64,000 nt of DNA from assembly GCA_000165425.1 (NCBI GenBank), contig CT868263.1, positions 310,001 through 374,000 of the forward strand. The letters run 5' to 3'. The DNA comes from Paramecium tetraurelia. Taxonomy: Eukaryota. Numbering within the stretch: the first letter of the stretch is position 1; each line of letters opens with the position of its first letter. The position numbers and the translations under genes are program-made. The notes beneath the pieces were generated by a model. It saw nothing but the letters and a program-made list of their open reading frames with translations. It made no database searches and had not been told where the DNA came from. Shown piece by piece: positions 1 through 13,494 of the stretch.

Positions 1-655
1 AACTTACAAATACTAATAATCTGTCCCTTACTAATTGTGCACATTCAAATAAAAGCAATGATCAAGTGTAAAAAGAAGCAATTTTTTCTGATAATGAGCA
101 GGAGTTTTATAATAGCAACCCTAATGCCCTATTATTATTAAAAGATACTTGTCGAAGTGTATTAATTCGATTAATTTTTAGACACAAGGCGAAAGTTTTA
201 TTTGAGCTAAAAAAGAAGAGAACTGTCTTCTTAAAATGATTAAGAGTTTTATAGTTAACTACAGAGCAGAAGGGAACAAGCAAAAAAACATAGAATTCTT
301 TATAGCAATATTACAAATTTTGAGAAAGCAATAAAATAAATAACGACTCCGAAAGTAAGTTTAACAAGACCTTCTACAAGAGTCAGATAAAATAGTTAAG
401 AGATCTAATTAAACAAAATAAAATTAAATTAAATAGATTCAAATAAAAATAATAAGGCAATTCCAAATGAAACTCAAAATTGCAATCTTAGTGGTGATAA
501 AAAACAAATGAAGAAGAATTCTAACAATTTTTGGCATCGAATAAAAACTCCGTCTCTAGATAATAAAGATAATATCACTTAAATTTTAAAAAAAAGATTC
601 AAAAAGAAAAATGATTTATCCCTAGATATCTGTTGTTTCAATTATGAATCGTTGA
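1..655 (+). CDS. 3' part of hypothetical protein (truncated by window)
   Basis: Code-6 coding-like sequence ending ...SIMNR-TGA at 653-655; exon structure not fully resolved. Confidence 0.5.
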
Positions 656-723
656 GGTTATTAAATTAAGCAAAGACACCTACTATGTATTATTAATGAT
701 TTTCTATAATTATTTAATTTTTA

Positions 724-1155
724 ATGAAATAAAGACCCTAATTAGCATGCGATGCTGTGTGTTTTAGAAAACTAGAAAATGACATCAAAAAAGTACTCTT
801 AATAACAAGAGGACGTGAACCATTTTTGGGAAGATATGCATTTCCAGGAGGACATTTGGATTATGGTGAAGACCCAATTCAATGCTGTTTAAGAGAACTC
901 AAGGAGGAAACTGGAATATTAGGATTAAGCGTTGATTTGATAGACGTAAAAGGATCTCCAGATCGAGATCCAAGAGGACATTATGTCTCTATTGTTTATA
1001 AGATTGAAGTTCCAGAAGATGCTGAGCCCTTAGCAGCAGATGATGCTAAGACAGCTCAATGGGTAAGTGTTGAAGAAATGCTCAAATTGGGTAAAGATGC
1101 ATTTGCATTTGATCATTATGAAGTGCTAGAATATGCTCATAAGAAATTCCCATGA
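724..1155 (+). CDS. Nudix hydrolase (ADP-ribose pyrophosphatase/NrtR-like Nudix domain)
   Basis: ATG 724 in code 6 (MKQRPQLACDAVCF); Nudix box GGHLDYGEDPIQCCLRELKEETG; RDPR, AADDA, AFDH motifs; no intron. Confidence 0.92.
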
Positions 1156-1273
1156 ATATTAATATATTATATAAGATATTAGTCAATTAACAGTGAAATG
1201 TTGATTAGAATCAAACTCTTTCTTGTCTGATCATAATTAAATAATTTATGATAAATTACATATACTTATTGTA

Positions 1274-2745
1274 TCATGGAAATGGTTCGAATTTTGTTTA
1301 GGTTTTAATTGGCGAAAGTTATGGGGATCGATGAGAGAAAGTCTGCATTTTTTTAAAGCCTCTTCTAATCGCCTCTTTTTTCATATTATTGACTGGTTTT
1401 TATTATATATTCAGAAGTCTGGGACTCAATTACAAATATTTGTCTAAATTGGTATTTGTATTTATTTTGAGTCTAGGACTCAGTATTTTCTCATTTCCTC
1501 TGGGAGTTTTATTCATTATTAATGATAATTTGGTAGCCTTGCAATTTCTAAATACTTAATGATTCAGGGCTACTTTAGCTGAAGTTCTTTTAGAAGGATC
1601 CAATTCAAGCATAGATTATAACAAATTGAATGTTTTTTCGGATACATTCTACAATAGACTGTAATCCACTGAACCTTTGTAGTTTTGATATAAGCGTTCA
1701 TCAGCATCGGGTCCTTAGAAGGGAGACTTGCCTCCAGACAATAACATGAATAAGATGACTCCAACACTATAGATATCAATTTTGTAATCATAGATTTTGT
1801 CTTAAAGTACTTCAGGTGCCACAAACCCTGGAGTTCCACATCTTGTATAGATATATTTGCCATCACTTCTGTAGAAATCAGCCAATCCAAAATCAGTAAT
1901 TGCAATTTGCAGTGAGTTTTTGTCTTTCAACAATATGTTGGAAGGCTTCAAGTCTCTATGCATTATGCCTTAGGCATGCATAAACAATAATGCTTAGAGC
2001 AATTGCTTAGTGACATAGAGACATTCTTCTTCAGAGAGATATCTTTCTTTGATTAATGTAGAAAGCTCGCCTTATTCGACCATTTCATAGACAATGAATA
2101 TGAATTCAGCATTCTCAAAAGTTTCATAAAAGTGAGTTATGGCAGAATGACTCAAAGTACGCACTATTTACAATTCTTTTGTTATAACTAAATAGTCTGA
2201 ATAACTTATAAGAGATTTCTTATCGAATACTTTGACAGCATAATTTTAATGAGTAGTTCTGGATTTTATTTTATAAACCTAAGATTTATAAAATAATTTA
2301 ATACTTTTCCAAATGTTCCTTTTCCAAGCAATGTAATTATTGAATATTTATTTGCAAAATCCTATTGAACACAATAAAACTTAAGTTATGATAGCCAACT
2401 TATGATCATTCCATAAATTTCTATGGTTTGTCCATACTTTGTAATTTTGATTCCTGCCCCATAATTAGGTTGTTCTATTTCACAGATGGTTGCATTTATT
2501 ATGTCAGCTATTTTATTTTAACCCTAAGTTTGAATAATAGATTATACATTCTTTTTCTTCTTAAAAATGAAATGACCTTACAAATATAGGGTCTTGATTT
2601 TGAATGTTTGATGTTTGGAAGAGTAGATATAGAAATTTTCTTGGATGGCCTCACTGATGTTACGAGATGCAGTCGTGTTCAGCCATAATGAGCCTTTAGA
2701 AACATCGAAAAACGAAGATGAGGGCACTTGTCTTTTTATATTCAT
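1274..2745 (-). CDS. CAMK-group Ser/Thr kinase with N-terminal PH-like region (copy 1)
   Basis: [33 protein letters not shown]; two short introns; 3' end ...EPFP-TGA is a best estimate. Confidence 0.88.
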
Positions 2746-2835
2746 ATAATTAATCAAATTTGATCACAAGGAGGAATGCATTATAAATTGAATATGAATT
2801 ATTGAATTTATAGAAATAAATTATCAAAAAGACTA

Positions 2836-4284
2836 TCAATATTTTTAAGATAATCTTTACTTTGATAATTTTAGCTTATTAAATGTGGACTTCTACTCCG
2901 ACGGTTCCGTTTTGCAAGTTATGCTGCTCTTTTGACATTACCTCTCAAAACTAGAAGTTGAGCTTCCACTTAACCTAGGAGAGAGCAAATTCGTTTTAAT
3001 TTTGAACAGCTTTTAACTTTTCTTGGGACTGCTTGGACTACTGTCTTCGCTGTTTAAATCGAGGTTGAATTGAAGTTTAGATTTCATTGAATGTCGTAGA
3101 CGAATAAAGATAGGTTGAGTATCCAATTAGAACCATTCGTGAGTCTTACACTGAGAAATAGAATATCGAAACAAAGGATTTTTATTGAGCATATTTTGTA
3201 GTAGATCAACACAAGGTTTGGATAAGGAAGTATTTGAAAAATCCAAATTATTATCTGTATTTAATTGGACTGTTTCTTGTTCAGTAGCGCCTTTGAAGAG
3301 TGGCTTCCCTGTCAGCATGACATAGAGCAAGGCTCCCAAACTATAGATATCGACCTTGAAATCATAAGGATAGTCTAATAAGATTTCTGGAGCCACATAG
3401 CCAGGAGTGCCACATCGAGTAAACATGTACTTGCCGTCTCTCCTATAGTAGTCGGCCAATCCTAGATCAGCTATAACTAGATCAGTAATTTGGCCCTTTT
3501 TACGAAGCAGTAAATTTTAAGGCTTTATGTCTCTGTGGAATATACCTTTCGAGTGCATGTAGAGTAAGGCATTGAGAAGTTCCATCATAATTATTTTTGC
3601 TTGTTCTTCTGTTATCAACTATTGGGTGTTGATGAAATTAGTGAGGTCACCACCAGATAAATAATCAAATACGAGATAAATTTGAGTTTTTGTTTCGAAA
3701 ACCTCATGTAATTGGATGATATTCGAGTGAGACAATTGTCTTAAAATATGAATCTCTTTTACAAGGGCTGACCTATCTGATAATAACGAAAAGGATGATT
3801 TGTCGAATACTTTCACTGCGTTTTCAGCTAAGTTATGTTTGTTTCTGGTTTTAAAGACCTATAATTAAATTAAATGATACTTTAGCATAATTGCCTTGTC
3901 CTATTACCTAGAGGAGATGATATTTAGATTGGAAATCTGATTGGATACAATACTGCTTGAGATTGATAAAAAAGTCATCAACATTGCCGTACAATTAGAA
4001 TTCGATTTAATTTTTTATTAAACAAATTCCTTGTTGTTCCATTCTAATAAGACAAGCATTTTCTATGTCAGCATAAATTTCACTCTATAAATAAGGATGA
4101 TACATACAGTCCCATCTTTCATTATAAGACATTTCCCTTATAATTTAAGAGATATTAGATCATATTAATCAACGCTTTTGGTAGGCACATAAAATCTGCC
4201 CTCTATAATTGGAAGACAAGTGTTGATGATTTTTCGAGGTGACCAAAAACCCTGATCTTAATTATCAAAAAAGGATTTAAACAT
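2836..4284 (-). CDS. CAMK-group Ser/Thr kinase (copy 2)
   Basis: MFKSFFDNQ start; AVKVFDK, HRDIKPQNLLL, DLG, CGTPGYVAPE; frame traced to TGA at 2836. Confidence 0.9.
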
Positions 4285-4332
4285 TATTAATTTATAAAAA
4301 TTAACTCGAGTTTATATATATATATATTAATT

Positions 4333-5765
4333 TCATATTTAAATGGGTACTCTGGGTAAATTGGGGCTTTTTTATTAAGGACCATTAAGTGGAGATAAAT
4401 TGGGTGAATTGAGTCTCATAGGTGAATATAGAGGAGAACTATATTACACAAACCTGCTTTTTTATTCGTTCAATTTTCTATGTTCTAAATATGGTGATTA
4501 TTATGGAGAAAAGACTTATGTATCAGATTGATAATTGATGCTACCTAAACTTGTTTAGCTACTCACTTGATTTTAAGTAAAATTGTGTCTTTTAAAGAAT
4601 TAACTCTGTTTAACCTAGTCGAATGTGAATCTATTTAGAGGATTTGGATCCAACATCCCTCTTAAAAGATCCAGACATTCGTTTGTAAAGTTGAATTTAG
4701 CCAAATCGACATGTCCATTAAAATTTGCATTCACTGTCAGATCATAATTATTAGAGTCAAAAGGACCCTTTCCTACGAGAAGGTAGTATAAGAGTATGCC
4801 ACAACTATACACATCAATCTTGTGATCATAAATTTTATCTTATAATAATTCGGGTGCAACGTATCCTGGTGTCCCACATCTGGTGAACATGTATTTACAA
4901 TCCTTTCTATAATAATCTGCCAATCCAAAATCTGCCAGGACCACCTGATCTATAATTCCTTCTTCTTTTAAAATTATGTTCTCAGGCTTTATGTCTCTAT
5001 GAAGTATTCCATGAGAATGCACATATATTAATGCTTCAACAACTTATTGAACTATTATATATGCACCTCGCTCTGAGAAAGTTCTGCTTCTCTTCAGTTC
5101 CTTATGCAATTCGCCTCCTTAGTAAAGTTCTTAGACTATATAGATGTATTGATCGTTTTCGTAAGTTTCTTAAATGGTAACAACATTTTTGTGATTCATC
5201 AATCTGAGAAGTTCAATCTCTTTTAGTAGAGCAGGCTTATCTTAACTCTTCAAAATCGATTTATCAAACACTTTAACAGCAAATTCTTTCATCTCACAAA
5301 TTCTTTAAATTTTAAAAACCTAAAAATACTTAAGAGCTAGTACCTTAGCGAAACTGCCTTGACCAATAAGTGAGACAATTTTGTAATCTTTAGAGAAATT
5401 GGGTTGGATACACCATTTTTTCATATGAGAAAACCATTATTCAACAAGACCATAAAATGTAAAATTTCCTCCATTTTTGGTTAGGGATATCCCCAAACCC
5501 ATTTTTGGATGGCTAACAATTTCCAATAACGCATTAGTAATGTTGAAATACTTTTACGAAGTACGCTTTTTTTATAAGGATAATATGATACTTTCTAATT
5601 GTATTTGATAAGATAATTCCTCTGGAGTACCAGGGTCTTCATCTTAAATTTGTCGTCTTTAGGGACAAAGAACTGATCTTTGTGGGACTTATGAAAAATC
5701 TCGATTTGTCTTTCCAAATCAAAAGGTGAAGTAAAATCGAAAAAGGACTTTTTGTCTTAACTCAT
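4333..5765 (-). CDS. CAMK-group Ser/Thr kinase (copy 3)
   Basis: IGQGSFAK, HRDIKPENIIL, DFG, CGTPGYVAPE; SP-rich tail; frame traced to TGA at 4333. Confidence 0.9.
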
Positions 5766-5880
5766 TTAAATTGAATTTGTTATTATAATATCTTACTTTT
5801 TTTTGCATTTAATAATTGAAAGGTATGCCAATAAACGCAATAAACCTTTGAGAGTTAAAGAATTATATTAAATAATATTA

Positions 5881-7719
5881 ATGCAATAAATTCCTAGAAT
5901 TCAAATTAGTCATTTTAGTTATTTACAATCTGATTTAATTGGTTCGGGCTACAAGAGTCAAGTATACAAAGGAGTGAATGATTTGAATGGAGACTTGGTA
6001 GCAATAAAGGTAATAAATTGACTAAGCCAAAGGTGTGCAACATGAAATAACTAACAAATGAAGTTGAGTTGATGCTGCTCAATTAGGAAATCTATGCGTT
6101 GGGATTGCTGGATTCTCCCAACATCATTAAGATGTATCAATGCATTCGTTCGCAATCAAACACCTACATAATAACTGAGTTTTGCAATCAAGGTATGAGA
6201 GTCTATTTTGATTTTAAACAGGGGATCTCGCCTAATTGATTGAGAGGAAAAATCATCTGCAAGAAAACGAGGCCACCCAGCTATTCAAATAAATTATCAC
6301 CGGTTTTTTGGAACAAACCAGAAAAGGTATAATTCATAGAGATATCAAACCCTCAAACATTCTGTTAAGCAATGGCATACCAAAAATAGCAGACTATGGA
6401 TTTTCTAAAATAATGAATGTTCAAGAGAAAGTGTATTACAATGTTGGTACAACACTATATATGAGCCCATAGGCTTTGATGGATAATTAATACTCCGAAA
6501 AAAGTGACATTTGGAGCATTGGCATAATGTTTTATTAAACTCTCTGCGGTATGATGTTGGTTTAATTAAAAAGGTTGCACTCCCTGGGTAGCTGAGACAG
6601 AGAAAGAATTTATTAAATTAATTACCACCACTCCCATTCAATTCCCAAAAAAGATTCTATTGTCACCCCACGCCAAAGATTTCATCATCAAGTGTTTGCA
6701 AGTAGACATGAACAAAAGATTCTCAGCAAATCAACTGCTCGATCACCCTTTATTTAATGAAAAACCTAGATTGCTATAAATTAGTGGATCCTTCCACATT
6801 ACAAGAGGACAAACACAATACTAATAATAGCAAAAGGACAATGAATGGAAGCGAAGGCTCAGTCCTCGAGAGGTAATTGACAGAAATTACAACAACAATT
6901 ATTTCAATCATCCTCTAAAGCCATAATTTTCCATTCAAAATCCAACTAAAGACTTTCTCCAAAATGATTTAATTCTATAGAACATTTTTTATTTACTAAA
7001 ACTCATTCTCAGAGTAGCCAAATTAATAGATCACTTTGATTTTTTTAATTAGAATTGCTTATAAGAGAAAATACTCTACTTTATGATCAAGCATGCCCTA
7101 TTTAAGACTAAGCAATTCAAATTAATGATAGATTCAAACATCAACACTTTAGGATTAGTCAATTTCCATCAATATACCCTAAATACTGATCTCAAAAAAT
7201 AATACAGCACTGAAATCAATGAGTTTTAACATAACTTTACAAGATCTTTTGAAAGATTGGTAAAAATGCCCTATTTATCATTAGTGGATGAGAGTTCAGG
7301 ATAATCAAAATATCTACAAGATCCTTATTCAAGATTAAAAATTTGCAGCTGTTTTCGATAGAAGTGAATTAGAAGTACTTTCTCATTATGTTTTGATGTT
7401 GCCAGTATTAAAATAGGCCATCTATGAACTCAGGACAGTTTTGTCAATCAAATTAAATCTTTACACTGATTTTTAGGTATTCAACATATTTAATATCTAG
7501 ATTCCTGAACCTAGGGAAGAAGCTGCCATCATATTATTGGATTACCTTGTCCTTTATAGTCAGATTTGCGATAATATCGCTTAGAATTTGGACAACTTCA
7601 CATATCGAATTACTTAGTTTTAATTGAAAAAAGTTGTAGAAACAAAGCCGATTAATAATAACAAATGTAAATACAGAGATATTTGCAAGTAGATTGGAAA
7701 TTTACAATTAATGCTGTGA
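5881..7719 (+). CDS. Ser/Thr protein kinase, ULK/ATG1-like
   Basis: [49 protein letters not shown]; long C-terminal extension; several short introns. Confidence 0.82.
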
Positions 7720-7751
7720 ATATAAAAATTAATATTAATGAATATAAAAAA

Positions 7752-8823
7752 TCATTCTTTAATGTACAATTACACCTTCGATCTAAATACATCTATAGCC
7801 TACAACATTATATCTTTGGCTTCGTATTATCCAACACTTTCAATAGAGACTACATGTTAATGCTATGATTATTACAAATAAAATGATTATCTATTTTATT
7901 TAATTCTACATCCTTCTCAAATCCATTTGCTTCTCTTACACATTCTCTACAAGTAGTACAATTTCTTGGATTCACAACTTTTATTTAATTTCCTTTTATT
8001 CCAAAAACTTTCATCGGACAAATAGATGCCAACTTCTCTTATCTTTAAGCATCTAATTAATTTTTTATAGTAATTGATGGCATTAATTTATAGAAGGCTG
8101 TGCAAACAGGAGACCTAAAATGAATTATTATGATACCATTTTGCATGTCTCTTGCCTACACCTTTCTCGCAAATCAATCTTAAATTGAGTTCTTGATTTT
8201 CCCTTAATTTAGCAATGATAATATTTGAGTGAACTGGACGAATTGGATTAGCAGCAAATAATTTAGCTTGTTGTCCTTTTGGTTACCAAATTAAACTGCT
8301 TGAATGCACTGTTGTATTAGTATATTGTTATTCAATTGGGTCATCCTACTTGCTATTTGGTTTTTTCTCGCATTTCGCATATAATGTAAAATCAATTGAG
8401 TTTAACTCGTTATATTCTTCTTAATCATCTTTTTCAACGAATTACAGAGGGTCTGCAATAATTGGAATTAATCTAATTTGGTTTCCATATAATTACCCCA
8501 ATCTGTGAGCTAAAACTTCATCTGGTATTACGCTGGTGTTTTGGATTACTTAAACCTTATGGATTGCCATTGTAGGGATCTCTATTTACATTACACTTTA
8601 CTTCTGCAATCATTATTCTTCTTAAAGAATTAGCTATGGGAGCATCGATATTGATTATCTCAAATACTATCTTCTCATCTGTTTTTGACAGAATATTAAT
8701 TTCTAAATCTCTTTAAAATTATTTGATATTAAATCTCTCCTATTTAAAAGGCTACGTGGTATAGTATATACTACTTACTTTCATTATTTGATCTTCCTTA
8801 AATTATAGTTTATGCTAATCCAT
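7752..8823 (-). CDS. RPAC1: RNA polymerase I/III shared subunit AC40
   Basis: IDAPIANSLRRIMIAE, IPTMAI, NTSVIPDEVLAHRLG, KGVGKRHAKW, CPMKVF..CTTCREC. Confidence 0.9.
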
Positions 8824-9332
8824 TAATTTATTTTTAATTAAACTAAAATCTATAAATACATAAATAAACAATTTTCATATTTCATTCGACAAAGAACTTC
8901 AAATATCCAGGAATAATATCTATTGTCCCTTATAATCTCCCTTAAACTTCCAGATATTTAAAATTGAAGGTTTCTTGTTCCTTTTGGATATAAAAGCCAT
9001 TTTATGAATGATCAATATTCAAACTTTCAGTCTGTAATTTGAATAGGGTATTAGTCAGATATTTGTTTTATGAAATTTAAAATTTTCAATTAAGCTACTC
9101 AATAGTTATATACTATATATTAATTGTAATACTTCAGATTCATTAATAATGAGTAATATTCTTCAGTATAATTATATGTATAATTACTTTTTCATTTTCA
9201 TCCTTATCTATTTAACCATATTCGATTCATTTATTTAGTTCTATTATCCCTTTACTCAAAAAATGCGATTAATTTCTTAGTTTTCTTATCCATTAATAAA
9301 GTTCTCATCATCAATATCAATAATTATAATTA

Positions 9333-9726
9333 ATGAATTAAAAAAGCATATTATCTCACATTTTAGATAATCCATTCCACAAACTAAAAGTTGGAGCAGC
9401 CGCCAAAAAAACCTAGAATAAAGAAGCTTTACGATTATACAGGGACATTTTAAAGTTTTCTATAGAATTTGATTGGGCTAATAAGAATGGAGAGACTTGG
9501 TAAAATCTTAACCCTATTCAAAAGGAGAGACATCATTAGAAAAAGTGCAAGGAAGGAATTTGAAATAGCTAAAAATGAAGCTGATCCATTTATGGTCATG
9601 AGAATGATAATGACATCCAGGGAAGCCATGTAAAAAACAAGGGAAAAATTAAATGAGGAATACTTTAAATTAAATACGACATTCTCAGAAAGAACTCAAA
9701 CGAATTAGCAAAATAAAATAGAATGA
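9333..9726 (+). CDS. LYR-motif (Complex1_LYR-like) mitochondrial protein
   Basis: EALRLYRDILK...WRDIIRKSARKEFE..D; one 25-nt intron. Confidence 0.75.
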
Positions 9727-10117
9727 TTTATATATTAAGGAAGGACTACTACCTTATGCGTGTTTAAATATATATCATAATTACATCTTTTTTTTACATC
9801 TAAGGATACAATCCATCAGAATTTATGCTATATCAAACAATTAACAAACCTCAAGCTATTTTTTATCTTTGTTTCTAAGCTGAAACTACCAAACACTTAT
9901 TTTAATTTTATATAAAAAATTTATTTGTGTAAATTATAATCATTTCGAAAGATTGATTTCATTTTTATCGAAAATTCATTTGAAGATTATAACTTGTATT
10001 TTATAAATTTAAGAATTAATTTATTCTAAAATAACACCTTATGTTGTATTATTATTAAGAATTACAGAATTTTTCATAATCATTTTTCATACTCTTATTG
10101 AATACCATTTTTTCTTG

Positions 10118-11827
10118 ATGTTCAGAAGATTAATGATTAACGAAAATAGCCTAAAAATTCAAATAGTTTAGAAATTGATCAATTATTATATAATAAACCT
10201 CTAATTATTAATTATAAAAAACCATATATTAATTGGACTATTAAATGGATCTATATAATTTGACGATAGCCATTTAATTATTTAAATGTACAATAAGAAG
10301 TTTTTTTAATTAAGATAGTTAACTAGAAATCTAGATGACTGCTATCATAATGATTTAGAGATTTATAATTAAATAATGGGAGTAGTTTTGAAACCAAATG
10401 AAAAGAAACTAGAAAATGATAAATAACTTTTAAGAGATTGGGAAGTCTACAAATAAAGAAGATTAGAAAATATAATAAATGAAACATTGAAATCTCCTTG
10501 TTTTAAAATATGTATTTGCAAATTTGTAAGGAATCGGAAAACATCAATTGAGTTTTGGATTAGAGTAGCATATGATGTGTTTTACGATGATTCCTTAGGA
10601 AAAGAAATAAGAAAGAAGTTTTGGAGTAAAATGAAAGAAAAAAGCCCAAATTTAGAATCAGATTTATAATAATAATAATGGCCAGATGAATGGAAATATT
10701 TAGAGTATGAATCTTGCCTGAATTTGCAATTGATTAAACTATATGAACAGTATAGCGCTATAAGACTCTTTATTGCTTAAAAAGTAAATTAATATACATC
10801 AATCTAATGTGATATTGGACGAATGCCTCTATTAAGAGAAGAGAAGAAAATTAGAATTGACTTTTCCAAATCAACTTGGTTTCCTCCAATAGAAATCAAT
10901 GGTCCTGATTTATTGGAGTAAATCTTTATTTCTGATAATTATTATTGTGAGTAAATGGCAAGATTCATAATAAGAATGAAGGATATCATTTTCCCAATTT
11001 TGGATTTCTTTAAAAAAGAGAATGAGAATGGGAAAACTATAAACATCTATGGTAGGAAATATGAGTTCATATTGGATGTTGTCTATTCTTTAAAAGCATG
11101 CTGTGGACCTAAGATTAATTTTACATCAGGATCTTTGAGAATGAGAAAAAATTTTAAATGTTCTAACTCATATTTTGTTAATGAAGCTACTTGCAGTGTT
11201 ATGCTAACTGCATTGCAAAAGGAAGATATTACAAAGGATGTGATTGCTGATATCCATCTAAATAGTCAAGTAGGATACTCAGCATTCGTATAGACTGCAT
11301 ATGAACTATAAGAAATTGGATAAAATGAAAGAATGAAAAGGTTGGTTCTCATCTTCAGCCATGAAAAATTAAATTTTAAGGAAGTTAAAAAAAAAGTTAT
11401 ATATTATCAACTCCCTGACAAAGATATTGAAAATTTAATAGATAGTTTGGATTATGAATTCCTTTAATATTATGCTAATTTATTATTTAACAAATGTATG
11501 ATAGTTTAATAAAATTGCAGCTCTAGAAAACCCTTTTATTAGATTATGATTTGTATGTGGACTTATGTATTGTGCATTTACTTTTAAGATGAATTACCAA
11601 CTTTAGTCGATAATGAAGTATTTAATTATGTTAACTAAAAACTTTAATAAGATGTTGAAATAGATTTAGGATTGAGTCCAGAAAGAGAAAATAAAATAAC
11701 TATTTAATTTGATTAACCTTAAATAGTTTATCATGAAATTGGGGAACCAATTATTGTAGAAAGTGATAGCATAGAAGATGATGATTGTATCATAATTGAT
11801 AAACCTTAAAAATATACTAAATTATGA
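10118..11827 (+). CDS. hypothetical protein, about 520-570 aa, intronless; start uncertain
   Basis: TGA-free frame joining track ORFs 10487 and 10955 through TAA/TAG; several candidate ATGs between 10118 and about 10290. Confidence 0.7.
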
Positions 11828-11981
11828 TATTATACTATTTAAATTGATATGAATAATTAAATCATATGCTTATCTATTATTTCTCAGTTGATAAATATAA
11901 TAAATAAAAGAAAGAAATTAGAATATCAAACGATTGAATTTTGTAATAATAAATATCATACTTAATAATTATATAATGAGT

Positions 11982-12572
11982 TCAAACTTTTACTTTCATG
12001 AGAGTTTTTTTCTAAACATTCCTTAACACTTTTTTGAAATCATCCCAACTTGGTTCTTAATCTGAGTTTATAATTGTGTCAACATTTTAATATAAGTTCA
12101 AACTTAGATCCAGATCTCTCTACACTTTTTTTTCATAAAATTATGGCTAGAATACGCCTGAATTTTAAGGAGTAAAAACAGGAATTGTAGGGATATAAAT
12201 TAATCCTATAAAAGCAAAGCCAAGATATGTGTATATTCTCATTCTTCGAATTCTATGATTTGCATTATATACCCCATATTTTTCATTTGCTAATATTCTT
12301 CCAATGATATATGAGGCTGGGATTGTTACTAAAAAATAGCCTGAAATAAATTCCCATTATCTTCTAGCTCCTAAAATATTTACAGATGCTCTAGGTAGAT
12401 CTTAGTAATGATTAAATGATTTAAGGAAATTTTATTATTCATTGAGTTGAGCTTTGGCTAATAATTCATCAGAATTTTCAAAATAGTATTTCTTATTAGG
12501 TCTATAGGAATCGAAATTCTCTTTTCTCAATTTATATTTTTCAACCATCTGCTTTATTTCATCTTCATTCAT
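11982..12572 (-). CDS. hypothetical membrane protein (196 aa, two hydrophobic segments)
   Basis: Open code-6 frame MNEDEIKQMVEKY...KV-TGA; hydrophobic stretches FISGYFLVTIPASYIIG and IYTYLGFAFIGLIYIP. Confidence 0.7.
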
Positions 12573-12774
12573 TAAATTAAAATATTTTAGTTAATAATAA
12601 TATAACAATTTATATTTCATATGGTACACAATATAACATTTCTTTAAATTATTTCTCACTTAAATGCTATATTTTGATATTATAACAATATATAATTATA
12701 TTGAATAATTATACTCAAGTTGGATAATTAGAATTAAGTTTATAAAGAATTAAATTAATTAGTGAAAACAATTA

Positions 12775-13476
12775 ATGTTAAGCACAGGATAAATAGAATT
12801 CATAAAAGGAGGAATCGCAGTAAATATAAGAAGTGATGGACGTAAAAATAATGAGGTGAGGGAAGTTAAATTGTTAAGATCTCATCTTATATGCACAAGT
12901 GGTTCATGCAAATATGAGGGAGAAATCACAATATATACTGGAATAAAGTTGGAGTTGGGTGATTAATCTTCGATCAAAATAAATGTAAGCTCAATGAAGA
13001 GAACAAACGATGAAAAACAGAAAGCCTTGTATCTTTAAGAGTTATTAGAATCTCTATATAAAACTGATATGAGTGAATTGAAGGTTGGTCAAAAAGGATG
13101 GGTATTAGTTGTCGAAGTGTTTCTATTATGTTAAATAGATATTGCCTACTTAGAAGCTATTTGTACATCTATATATGAGGCAATGGCAGATTTAAGAATT
13201 CCAACTATAAAAGTTACAAAGAATCTATTGACAGAAATAGAAGAATATGAATTATTACCTAATGAACCAACTAAATCATTTAAATGTGATAAAATTTATG
13301 TCGTTGGTAAGGTAGGAACAGAATTGGTGAAGGATATGAGTTTAGAGGAGTTTTATTCAGTTGATTAGAAATTGATATTGGCTTAGGGAAGAAATGGGTA
13401 TAACAAATTAAGAACATTTGATAGCTGTGGATTTGATGCTGATGATTTATTGAGAGTGTTAATGTTTATAAAATGA
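12775..13476 (+). CDS. RRP42: exosome RNase PH-domain subunit, RRP42/EXOSC7-like
   Basis: MLSTGQIEFIKGGIAVNIRSDGRKNNEVR..GSC..TGIKLE; ADLRIP; 233 aa. Confidence 0.75.
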
Positions 13477-13494
13477 TAAATTAATTAATTATTT

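Noticed and set aside
4313..4327. (TA)n run as a possible IES or transposon footprint
   Set aside because: Too short, no inverted-repeat ends, and expected in AT-rich spacers
8882..9293. Possible small minus-strand gene between RPAC1 and the LYR gene
   Set aside because: Coding-like pieces are broken by TGA and no consistent exon model could be built; possibly a pseudogene
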